From the human T2T-CHM13v2.0 reference genome, Homo sapiens, in the NCBI RefSeq assembly GCF_009914755.1, contig NC_060934.1: DNA of 64,000 nucleotides, one strand, 5' to 3'. The number at the start of each line of letters is the position of its first letter. Positions within the stretch are counted from its first letter, which is position 1. The notes below the pieces were generated by a model. It was not told where the DNA came from. It saw nothing but the letters and a program-made list of their open reading frames with translations, and did no database searches. The translations under genes and the position numbers were made by a program. This document shows positions 49,421-64,000 of this stretch, in pieces.

Positions 49421-51181
49421 TTAGAGACATGAGTCCAATGAATAGAGGTAAGAATGGAGGTGAGCTACATGAAAGATGAGAGCCTACGTCAGACAATATG
49501 TGTAGAGATGGGGAGACATTTTAAAGATACGTGTATCAGAGCTAGAATGAGCAGCATTTAGTAACTCCTGAGTATAATAGATGAAGCAGAGGGAGGTGGG
49601 GCTTGTGATCCCAAGATTTTAAACTTCGGCAATTGGGCACTTTTTGGCTAACGGTGCTGCCATTAGCCAAAAAGTGACTGCCGGTACATAAACAGATTTT
49701 GTGCTGGTGGTTGATGGCTTTTATATTGATCTTATTCTCTTGATGTGCCACTGGAATAAACATTTAATAGAGTGTTTGGAAACATGTATCTAGTTCAAAA
49801 GAAGGATCTGGGCTGAGGTATAAATTTAGGGCAGTTTACATTGTGTAGGGAACAACTAAATTCATGGAAGTAAATGATGTATCTGTTCCTAAGTCACCCT
49901 ATCTGCTGAGTTACTTGTGACAAATTGTTTAAACAGTAAAAGAATTTAATATGAAAAGATACACGTTAAGATGATTCTAGGATTAATTCATTCAGGCATG
50001 ACAGCATCACCAAGGACCCAGGTTCTTTCTATCTTTTAATGCTGCTGCTGTTCTTGATCTGTTGGGTTGTCCTCATGGTCCAGTTCTTGTTTACACATTC
50101 AAACCCAGAATTGCATGCAAAAAGGCTGGGAGCATGTGTTTTTACCTGGGTCTTTTTTCATCAGCCAAGAAAACTTTTCCTAAAAGCTCCCTAGCAAACT
50201 TACTTTCTTGTCTTCTTGGCCAGAATTGCATTAGGAATGTGTTACCAGACTACCCACTGGCAAGGGGAATGGAAATTGTCACAGTTGGTTCAGACCAGAG
50301 CTTTCTAGCCCAAGTATTTTTTTCTGTTATCTCTTCTGGAAGAAGCCTTTTCCCCTTGCCTTTTGAGTCTCTTCTGTAGTTCAGGTAAGTTAGATTTTCT
50401 ATGCAACCCAGTTTTGTATCATTGAGTTGTTACTATTCAATACTTCACAACAGCAAATACTTGCCAAAATCCTACACTGTGTCATGCTGGATTCTAGGAT
50501 ACAGAAATGAATAAGAAACTTGTAGTTTGACATAGATACAAGCTTAAACAGAAGAGTGCTATGATAGATTTGTACACTAAAGTTCTTTTGGACTATGGAT
50601 TTAGTACAACTGTTTATATGTTTGGTTTTATGAGTAAAGGCATCTTGAGTTTCAAAATCAACCTTATATTCAATTTATAAATGAAGTTTTGGAAATTTAG
50701 AACGCAACCCATTCATGAGTTGACCCTCCCTTTCTAGTTAGGTGGTTACATGTTTATTATAGGGGTGCATGGTATACTATCCTAAAGTAACTGTTCATTT
50801 GAGTTATTTACAGCTAAAACCACATTATGTTTTTCTGGAGCATAATGTTTGTGTTTTCTAGTTATCGTACCAAAGTAAACAGTAATATCTTTAGCTTAAG
50901 AACCCAACTGAAATGTTTGTAAAATATAGATTGTTTTGTAATTTGGCTCTTTTTTTTTAATGGTCCTATGAATGCAACTATAGTGTTTGCAGTATTTGTA
51001 CAGTGCATGGGGTGCTTTTTCTGGGTGCTGAGAAGGGAGGAGAAATGATAGGGAAGAGGGGATTTGGAGTAGCCGAAGGAAAAAATGTGCAATCAGTGTT
51101 GTTGATTCCACCGAATTCTAAGAATTCCATTACATCTTGATATCTGGTACAAGCTCAAAGTTAATCTTAAATTTTGGCTTA

Positions 51182-51929
<748 letters not shown>

Positions 51930-52580
51930 TTAAAATGAACTTTTTGTGTTTGTTTGCAAATAATTATTAATGTTGAAGAAATTTTGATGTTAGCTCTGAG
52001 TTATGAATGTTAGAATATATTTAGAAATGTTTGATTTTCATTTTTCCATGTCATTAAGAAGCTTGCATATGTTTTTTAAAGAATTGCCTTCTTTTTAATG
52101 TGTTTTCTACAACTAATAGGCTTAGAAATTTCAGACACAAAATCTTTGAAAAAATGACTTGTACTTACTTAGCGTTTTGTTTTGACTAACACCCCTGGTG
52201 GTTGTTGAACCACAAGTTCATAGTGTTAAAAGCCTGTGGTAAATTACCCAGTAAGCTAAGTGATTAAAGTTGTTTGGAACATTTTGCTCATGTACATCTT
52301 ATTTTTATGTGTATACATATTTATAGATCTGTGCTCATAGGACTATAGCACTATATTGCAAAGGTCCTAACCTTTATTCACACAACTTCCAGTGTGTACA
52401 ATGTGACTTGCAGAGCTGTACTGTGGAGCATATCCTTTCCTGTGTCTTTTGTTTACCTCTGAGTAATGAAGTCAAATCTTACTTGATTTTCCTTGGCTGG
52501 TCTATTTTATTTTATTAAGTTCTGGGATACATGTGCGGGACTAGCTAGTCTTAAATTCAGTCTTTAGGAAACGTTTTCTG

Positions 52581-53016
52581 GGCTGGGCACAGTGGCTCAT
52601 GCCTGTAATCTAAGCACTTTGGGAGGCCGAGGCAGGCGGATCACTTGAGGTCAGGAGTTCGAAATCAGGCTGGCCGACATGACGAGACCCTGTCTCTACA
52701 AAAAATATAAAAATTAACCTGGCATGGTAGTGTTCGCCTGTAGTCCCAGCTACTCAGGAGGCTGAGGTGGGAGGATTCCTTAAGCCCAGGAATTCGAGAC
52801 CAGCCTGGGCAACACGGCAAAACCCCATGTCTACAAAAAATATAAAAATTAGCTGGGCATGGTTGTATGTACCTGTAGTCCCAGCTACTCGGGAGGCTGA
52901 GGCCGGAGGATTATTTGAGCCCAGGAGGTGGAGGCTGCAGTGAGCTGTGATTGTGCCACTATACGCCAGCCTGGGTAATGGAGCCAGAGCCTGTCTCAAA
53001 AAAGAAAAAGAAGAAA
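52581..53016 (+). mobile_element. Three-armed Alu
   Basis: Two A-rich linkers; single TSD aaa(c/g)gttttctg. Confidence 0.9.
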
Positions 53017-53296
53017 AGGTTTTCTGAAGTTTATGTTAAGTGTTTGTACATGTGGGAAAACAGGGAAGAACAGATCATCTGGGGTTTTGGACTTTTGAAG
53101 ATGGGATGTTTGAAAGCTCTTTTGGTTATGTTATTCGCTATTTTTTAAACTTTAGATTTAGCCTGAAGCCTAAAACTTTTAGCCAAGGAAACAATGTTTT
53201 AGTAAATGGTGCTGTAATAAACAATAGTTGGTAAGTAGTTTACATGTTAATTTTATAATGATACATTGGAAATATCTGGCAGAATTAGAATCAGGC

Positions 53297-53311
53297 TGTG
53301 TGTGTGTGTGT

Positions 53312-53346
<35 letters not shown>

Positions 53347-53443
53347 CAGGCTGGTCTCGAACTCCTGACCTCAAGTGATCCACCCACCTCAGCCTCCCAA
53401 AGTGCTGGGATTACAGGCATGAGCCACTGCACCTGGCCAGGCC
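53297..53443 (-). repeat. (TG)n microsatellite plus Alu left-arm fragment (53346-53443)
   Basis: Directly visible. Confidence 0.9.
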
Positions 53444-54211
53444 ATATATTTTTGAAACAGACACTTTGATGGACTGTTTTTACTTTTATGGGGATAAATT
53501 CATTTGAACTTTGTTTAATACAGTGATTGCCTGCTCTCTCTCCCACACCCTTAGGGAAGAATGGTGTAGTTGGCAAAGAATGGCTTTGGAGGAAAATCTC
53601 TTTATGCCATTTCTAAAATGGAAATAGTGCATTTCTTTTCTTGATTAGTAAAAGGGAAATTAAAGATTATGAGCATCTCAGAAGAACACTGAACACCAAC
53701 TCTTTATTTTTGCCTTCCCTCATTTCTCTGAGCGACAGCCTGAGAGTTTTATAGTCATATGAGGACTCTGAAAAATGTTAGAGACCTGGCTAAGTTGTAG
53801 GTAACTAGTGCATTGAGAAGACTGAAAGGCTCCTGAATGCAGACAAAGCATTACTAATTGCATTCAGGGTCAGGCTGTCTTTAGCCGGACCATGAAAGAT
53901 ACAGCAGCCTGTCTGCTGAGCGGAGACTCTTGTCTTTAAGAAAGACTGCTACCTGATATGCTAGACCGTTTCAGGTTGCCCTAGTTTACATGAATTTAGT
54001 CATTATCGCCAAGACTGCTAAACCTCAGTGTGATACTTCTAAATGGACTTGAAGACAAGGTATTTGACCTTGCAATGGGGCATAGGCAACGTTCATACAG
54101 TTTTTAAAACACGAAACAGAATACTTTGCTATTTGAAGTTTCCGTTAAAAGATTGAATGATTTTTAAGATCGCAAAGTAAACAGCAGACATACCTTTAGA
54201 AATTTTTTTAT

Positions 54212-54317
54212 GACTTGAACCCAGGAGGCGGAAGTTGCAGTGATCCGAGATGGCACTACTGCACTCCAGCCTGGGCGACAGAGCAAGACCTTGTCTCAAA
54301 AATAATAATAATAATAA
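54212..54317 (+). mobile_element. 5'-truncated Alu with (AAT)n tail
   Basis: Right-arm 3' part only. Confidence 0.9.
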
Positions 54318-54936
54318 TTTAAGCTTTAATAGTTCTATCTTTTAGATTTATGAATGCTTGCCCCTTAAAGGGTAAGGTGTTAATAGCAGTACTAATATAC
54401 GGTAGTTTAGACCTATTCCACAGGCATAGACCAACCAGTGCAATTAATTCTTCAACCTCACAAGTCCTAATGTTCTAGGTAGAAGTGTGGCTGAAATTAA
54501 AACTGGTTATTAGACTTTGTAATACAAAAGTAGAAAAAAGTGATATTAGCTAGGTGGTCCAATATATTTTTGTCTAAGTAGGAATCTGAATATTGTAGAA
54601 TTGTACATTTCGGTGCTGCTTCTAGCTATTCCTGTTCTTTTTTTTTTTTCAAATTGAGATGAGTTTTTTTTTTTCCATCAAAGCTTAAGATAACATAGGA
54701 ATTTTATATGGAAGTACTGTTCCCACAGAACTAACTTTACAAATGTAAAGCTTGGGCAGAGGTTGAGGAAAATGGTAAAGTGATAGATTTCGTAAAAACT
54801 GTAGAAATTTTCATTGACTTTACTTTGAAAATGTATAGTTGTACATGCGAAACGCTTCTAGTATTGCTTCTAGATGTATTATTCTGACAAAGTTCCCTAA
54901 GTCTTAAATAAGTTCTTTTTTTTTCTAAACAGACTT

Positions 54937-54978
54937 ATGAAAATATGCATCAGTTTAATACTGTCTTGGAATTCATGA
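54937..54978 (+). promoter_or_regulatory. uORF, 13 aa (MKICISLILSWNS*), within exon 2
   Basis: ATG at 54937, TGA at 54976-54978; weak Kozak context (cttATGa). Confidence 0.45.
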
Positions 54979-55034
54979 GATGGAAGCATAGGTCAAAGCT
55001 GTTTGGAGAAAATCAGAAGTACAGTTTTATCTAG
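54945..55034 (+). promoter_or_regulatory. uORF, 29 aa (MHQFNTVLEFMRWKHRSKLFGENQKYSFI*), within exon 2
   Basis: ATG at 54945, in-frame ATG at 54975, TAG at 55032-55034. Translation is not demonstrated. Confidence 0.55.
54980..54991 (+). promoter_or_regulatory. Minimal uORF (MEA*) within exon 2
   Basis: gagATGG context (G at -3, G at +4); TAG at 54989-54991. Confidence 0.5.
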
Positions 55035-55388
55035 CCACATCTTGGAGGTAAGGAAAAGAACATAATTTAGAATAATATGAAATTTCTCATTTTTTAATAG
55101 TTGAAAATAATCCTTCTACACTGCAACTTTATTTGAGCCTTCTTCAGTTTCTTTGTAACACCACAACTTTATAGTAGCTTCTTTAGTTTCCTTAATCATC
55201 TTCCTGACGAGTTCATAAGTAATTCTAATATATATTCCTCATAAATGTTGAACCTCTTCAGGAGTGAAAGGTATTTATTTCTTACTAATCACTTTCATAA
55301 ATCTCCTTTTAGAAGATAAGCATTAAATGGTTTATATGTTTATTTCTTCCCCCTAAGTTTGCAAAGCAGAGTTCAGCATGCAAGATTA

Positions 55389-55708
<320 letters not shown>

Positions 55709-55744
55709 TTATTCTGAAATTTTTACGCTTTTTAGAATTCAGAA

Positions 55745-56030
55745 TTTTTTTTTTTTTTAAGACAGGATCTTGCTTTGTCACCCAGGCTGGACTGCAGTGA
55801 GCATAGTTTCAACTCCCTGGGCTCAAGCGATCCTTCTGCCTCAGTCTCCCACATAGCTGGGACTACAGGCACACATCACCATGCCCAGCTAATTTATTTT
55901 TTGTAGAAACAGGGTCTCATTATCCCTCTGTGTTGCTCAGGCTGGTCTTGAACCCCTGGACTCAAGTGATCCTCCCACCTCAACCTCCCAAAGTGCTGGG
56001 ATTACAGGCATGAGCTACCAGACCCAGCCC
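55745..56030 (-). mobile_element. AluJ
   Basis: Dimer match. Confidence 0.92.
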
Positions 56031-57637
56031 AGGATAAGATTTTTTAACATGTTAGAATAATAGATCTTTGGAAATAGAATTTAAAGAGGTAGGAGCTGCC
56101 ATCATGCCAGAAATAGGAGGAAAGAAGCCATCCTAAGACAGTATGTACAGGAAAATCAGGCTTACTGTTTTAAAATCCATTTAGAGACTAATGATCAGGT
56201 AAAAGGTTTGAATTATGTGGGGAATCTACATTTTAAGAAATAGATAGAATGTATGGTTTTATGAAGTGGTCTACGCTTACACTTCTGGAAGTGGCAGGCT
56301 TTGCTTGCTGCTACTGTTAATACTTGCAGCATTCACTCGCCCTTCTCCTGCCCCTGCCAAACCGCTGGATTAGATCTTCTAAAAAATAACGTAACTCTCG
56401 AATTCTTTTGTTAGGTTTCATATTGTTTGATTGGTAGAGTTGTGATCGTTTTTTTCTTTCTCAGTTCTTTTGGTTTCTATGATTGTGTGCTCTTCTGATT
56501 CTACTTATTTAATTACTCCTTGACCTTTTTTCCTTCCCCTCCTACTCTTAAATAATAATGACCTTCCCCAAGGTTTTATCTTAGAAATTATCCTGTTTTT
56601 TTCTTATGTCTTTCCTAGTCTCATGATTTCCGCAATTATCTCTAAAATGATCTCTCTCAACTTCCTATCTCAGTTGTGGCATTTTCTCTAAGCTTCAGGC
56701 CCATATTTTCATCTGTTTACAGATGGCTCAGCTTAGTGCCTCAGACTTCCCATTATCTAGCACATCATTCATCATGAGCTCTGCACCCGCTATTTCTCCT
56801 TCTGTTAATGGACCTCTTTGTCACCCAGGCTCAGAGTCTCAGTGCTGTTTCGGATTCCTCATCATTTGCTTCCTACCCTTAGGCACAAGTGAAGTCCTGT
56901 CAGTTTTACCTCTCTAATGTATCACAAATGTTTGAATCCTCTCTTTCCGAATCCCCCTTCACCATCCAAGTTTAGGTCTTTATGTTACATCTCACTGAAA
57001 ATATTGCAGGGATCTCCCAGCTTGTGCTGCTTCTCGCTCCTACTTCATTTTACATGTTGCTGCCAGCTTAAATTATCTTAAGAGATAATTTTGCTTGTAT
57101 TGTCGGTGACACTTTGCCTGTCTGCCAGAGTAAGGACAGATTCCTCTAATTTTAAAGATAGTGTAGCTTTGCCTTCATCTGTCCATTTCTTTCACCCTTT
57201 AAACATTTATTAAACACCTACTGTATGCCAGGCACTGTGTTAGGTCAGAATGCAAAACATTAAATAAAAACAGGTTCCTAGCTATACTCAAAAAATAGTC
57301 TTTCTAGGGTTGGATGAGCATGAAAACAATTATTGAAGTGCAATCTGAGAAGTGCTATATTATAATTGAAAAGATATATTTGATTATTCCACACTGTGTA
57401 CATAGATGATAACTATAACATCACTGATATGCCCATAATTACATACAGCTATAATTTTCAAAAGAATTTGAAAATACAGGTGACCATGTCAGAAAACAAA
57501 GGTGTATTGGCATCACCTGGAAAGACTACACCAATGTTATGAGAGGAGAGAATTGTCAGGCAGGCTTCACAGAAGAGATAATATTTGAGCAGAGTCTTGA
57601 TGGATGAATAGAAGATTGCTGAATAGAAATTGGAAAG

Positions 57638-58428
57638 TGTAATACTGTAAAATACATATGTGTTTTTGATGCCATTTCCTGGCATTCAACTCTTAAAATC
57701 CTTGAAACCTCTGAAGTGATGTCTTTTTGTATGCTAATGAGTTAACTGGTAGATGACAGCCCCCTAGGTAGCTTTAGGATGGGGGCTGGTCAGCAGAAAG
57801 ACTAAGGCAGGATTAGAGTCAGAACTTTCAGTTCCCGCCCCCACCAACCCCCAACATTTAGGGAGGGGAGAAGGGCGAAGGTTAAGTTGATCACCAGTGA
57901 CCCGTGGTTTAATTAGTTGTGCCTACAGAATGAACGTTCCATAAAAATCCAAAAGAACTGGGTTCAGAGAGCTTCTGGATAGCTGAACATGTGCAGGCTC
58001 TGGTGCCCTGTACATCTCTTTATCTGTCCTTTGTAACATCCCCTATAATAAACCTGTAAACATAAATGTTTCCTTGAATTCTGTCAGCCGCTCTAAGCAA
58101 ACTAATAGAACCTGAAAAAGGGGTTGTGGGTACCTGGATTTATGGCTGGTTGGTCAGAAGCACAGGTAAAATAACCTGGGCTTGCCATTGGCATTGGAAG
58201 TGGGGGCCGTCTTGAGGATGGATCCCTCAACCTGTGGGATCTGATGCTGTCTCCAGGTGGGTAGTGTCGGAATTTAATTGGAGGTTCCAGCTGGTGTCTG
58301 ATGCAGAATTGTCTGCTTGCTTGTTGATGGGGAGAAACCCTCACACATTTGGTAAGAAAAGTCTTCCCTGTTGATTGTTTTGGTGAGAGGGCAGAGGAAA
58401 AATAGTTTGAGTGTTTTCCATACTCACA
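57638..58428 (+). mobile_element. MER21A-like solo LTR (sense to BMPR1A)
   Basis: tttcctggcattcaactcttaaaatcc...gtctttttgtatgctaatgag...taggtagctttaggatgggggctggtca; TG...CA ends; TSD gaaag/gaagg. Confidence 0.82.
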
Positions 58429-58708
58429 GAAGGCAAGGGAATTAATTTCATGCAGAGCCCAGAGCGGGGTGGAGGCAGAGCTTGAAAGTGTATAGAATGT
58501 ACAGAAGATAGAATAATTTTTGTATGGCTTGAATTTAGAATAGGAGAGAGAGTTTGAGGGACAAGGCTGGAAAGGACCTTATGAAGAATTTTGAATGCCA
58601 TGGCAAGGAGTCTAGACTTTATTTTGTGAAAAATGGGCAGTCATTGAAAAATTTTAACATTTAAAGATATTTTGGATCGTAATTTTTTGTTAAAATTAAT
58701 ATGATGGT

Positions 58709-59068
58709 TGTGTTAGTCAGTTTTCATGCTGCTGACAAAGACATACCCAAGACTGGGCAATTTGTAAAGGAAAGAGGTTTAATGGACTCATAGTTCCATG
58801 TGGCTAGAGAGGCCTTACAATCATGGCAGAAGGTGAAAGGCACATCTTAGGTGGCAGCAGGCAGAGAGAATGAGAGCCAAGTGAAAGGGGAAACCTCTTA
58901 CAAAATCATCAGATCTTGTGAGACGTATTCACTACCAAGAGAACAGTATAGGGGAAACTGCCCCCATGATTCAATTATTTCCCACTGGGTCCCTCCCACA
59001 ACATGGGGGAATTATGGGAGCTACAATTCAAGAGGAGATTTGGGTGGGGACACAGCCAAACCATATCG
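58709..59068 (-). mobile_element. THE1B/C-like MaLR solo LTR
   Basis: tgtgttagtc...gggacacagccaaaccatatc termini; TSD atggt/ttggt. Confidence 0.92.
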
Positions 59069-60833
59069 TTGGTGATATGAATGGTAGTTTGGAAAAAGGA
59101 AAAACTAAAACTAGAGAGACAAGTTAGGCTATTCTTAACTGTTTCAAGCAAGAAATAATGAAGCTGTCAACTTAAGATGGAGGTCAACTTACCCGTTTAA
59201 GCATTGGTTGTTTAGAAAATGTTTAATTTTCTTCTATTCCCCTATGTACTATACTCTTCAGCTGGTGATTTGAAATCGTCCTTCCTTTTCTCTACTCTCT
59301 TCTCTTGGCATATTTTTGGCCCTTTCTCTCTTGTGGAGTGCCTGTGAACTTTAAAAACCCCATCTCAAATGCCAATTCATCCCTAAAGTTCTTTCTAATC
59401 TGTATTGCTTTGACTCTAAATATATGTCTTTTCCTAGTCTAAAGCCCCCAAAGCACTTATTTTTATTCTACAGGATATTACTTTTTTGGTCCCTATTAAA
59501 CTATGTGGCAGCAAGTCACAAAGGAGGAATCAGAAAGTAACCTGCTCCCCACCCTTGGTGTGTAGTCCAGTTAGCAAGGTATGTATATAAGTAATATAAG
59601 TAATGATAACCAACATTGCCATGCAAAAGTGAGGAATGCCACAGGAGTAAATTGTTGCTTCTAGTCAGAGTCCTGTAACTGAGAAGCACAGGTAGAACAT
59701 AGGAGGTTATGTGAGCTGAGCTTTGAAAGATGAGTAAAATTTAGATGGGTAAAGGATATTTCTGGAAAAGTGCATGGATAGAAAATGAATGTTTTTGTAG
59801 GAATGTGGTGAAGGTCTTAGAAAGGGCAGGAAGTATGATGTGAAGAAAGCTCTTTTAGTGAAATTACTCTAGCAGTGACATATAAACTATACATCATTAG
59901 AGAAATGAAGTGAGGAGGTAGGGAGCCGAGTGAGGAGATTGTGGCACTAGTTAGGCATAAGCTGATCAGAATTCAATCAGGGTGGTGATTGTGGAAATAG
60001 AAAAGAAAGACTCAATGATAAAGGTATTGCGGCAGAAGAAGGGACACCGATGTGTGACTAGATGTTGGAAAGAGATGATGCCGCCTGAATTTTGAGCCTG
60101 GATGGTGGGGATAATGTTGGCCTCATTAGTAGCCAAGGTAAGTTGGATCCTACTTTTCTAAATGTAGAGAAACATTAAAATTTATGTTTTACTGTACTGT
60201 TGGTCTCTTAATTTGTTTATGTGCAACAAGTTTTTTTGGCATTATTTTTCCAGCCTTAACATATTCAAAGGGAGATTTTATGAAAAAAGCAAAGTATGAC
60301 CTCTTTTACAAAAGCAGTTTTTAAGGAAATAAACTGTATTCTGTTCATAGTTACCTCTTTTGCTATCATGTTAAATGCTATGTAAGATTTAGTAAAACTT
60401 AAGAATGTTTAAAGTATTTCTACAGGTATAATTCAGACACCATTACCAAAGGATGGTATCTTGTTTTAATAGAATTACCGCTTAAGGAATGGGGACCTGT
60501 GAAAAATTCATTCAGTAGAATTCGATGGTTCCATATTAACAGATAGGCATTATTATGGTACTGTCCATTAGAGAAATATTGTACAGTAAGGCAGTAAGTT
60601 AATTATATAAAACTGGCTTTTAAAATGCATTTATTAAAATTCTTATCAACTGTTAACTGATGACTGATTTAGAACTTTGCAATATTTAGAAACAGTCTAA
60701 TACTCTCTGTTGAAAATAATCACTAATTGTTTTATAATTATAATTATACATGTGTAAAACTGGAAGACATTACATTATTGAGGAAGGAAGGCATTTGTGT
60801 TTTGTTTGTTTTTTAAGTCAGGCTTTGTGTTGA

Positions 60834-61106
<273 letters not shown>

Positions 61107-61195
61107 GTGAGCCACTGTGCCCAGTGCAGCATACTCTGTTTACAAGCACAAGCAGTGTAGCCAGAGGACTTCAGTTTGAATCTTGACTTTACCAC

Positions 61196-63560
<2,365 letters not shown>

Positions 63561-63635
63561 CCCCTTTTGTTTTTCTTTTTCCTCATTGCCTCTTTTTAAA
63601 ATGATCTTTTTTTTATTTTTAAAAGATTATATATT

Positions 63636-63766
63636 GGCCAGGCACGGTGGCTCATGCCTGTAATGCCAACACTCTGGGAGGCCAAGGTGGGAGGATTGCT
63701 TGAGGCCAGGAGTTCGAGACCCCATCTCTATTTAAAAATACACACACACGTGTGTATGTGTGTGTA
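63636..63766 (+). mobile_element. FLAM / Alu left monomer with (CA)n(TG)n tail
   Basis: Monomer; TSD aaagattat(a/g)ta. Confidence 0.85.
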
Positions 63767-64000
63767 TAAAGATTATGTAAGCAGCCTATTAATAAGTTCC
63801 TATATAAAATTTTAAACACTATGCACCAAAGCCTTTTAGTCCCTCTTCCCCACCCTTCACCCCATTGCCCTCCTCACCACCCTCCTTGCCCTCCATCCCA
63901 CTGCCATCTTGGGGACCTCTGTTTCTTAGGTTATTGGTCTGTTTGTGTATTCCATTCCCTGTTGAGTTAATTTTTGTATTAATATCTTTATAGAAAATGA

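Larger units (their letters stand above)
54933..55047 (+). other. BMPR1A: BMPR1A exon 2 (non-coding 5'-UTR exon, 115 nt)
   Basis: Acceptor ttcttttttttttctaaacAG|acttatg and donor ttggag|GTAAGG are visible. The exon sequence ACTTATGAAAATATGCATCAG...GCCACATCTTGGAG matches the BMPR1A mRNA 5'UTR as I recall it; the recalled exon length of 115 nt also matches. Confidence 0.93.
57195..60130 (-). mobile_element. L2 fragments (antisense), interrupted by MER21A and THE1
   Basis: L2 3' end catttattaaacacctactgtatgccaggcactgtg; gagctgagctttgaaagatgagt motif. Confidence 0.7.

Overview
Repeat-dense human (or closely related primate) genomic DNA with no supportable protein-coding exon. The one recognisable gene feature is a 115-nt spliced exon at 54933-55047 (+). 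I recall its sequence as the second, non-coding 5'-UTR exon of BMPR1A (ALK3, chr10q23). The window is therefore the distal ~55 kb of BMPR1A intron 1, exon 2, and the first ~9 kb of intron 2, with the gene on the + strand. The rest is ~50 Alu elements or fragments, old L1M and L2 LINEs, MIRs, MaLR/ERV LTRs (MSTA, MLT1, THE1, MER21A, MER31-like), an ERVL-type remnant with a pol fragment, hAT DNA transposons (MER33, MER102/103-like) and microsatellites. The ORF-track entries read as translations of repeats or low-complexity sequence. I found no convincing new biological system. The best leads are regulatory: uORFs in all three frames packed into exon 2, inverted Alus around that exon, a sense-strand MER21A LTR that could bypass it, and candidate cryptic 5'-UTR exons including a (TG)16 acceptor. 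There are also several structural oddities (5'-inverted L1, trimeric Alu, local duplications). Repeat boundaries were read by eye (about +/-10-30 bp) and subfamily names come from remembered consensus sequences.
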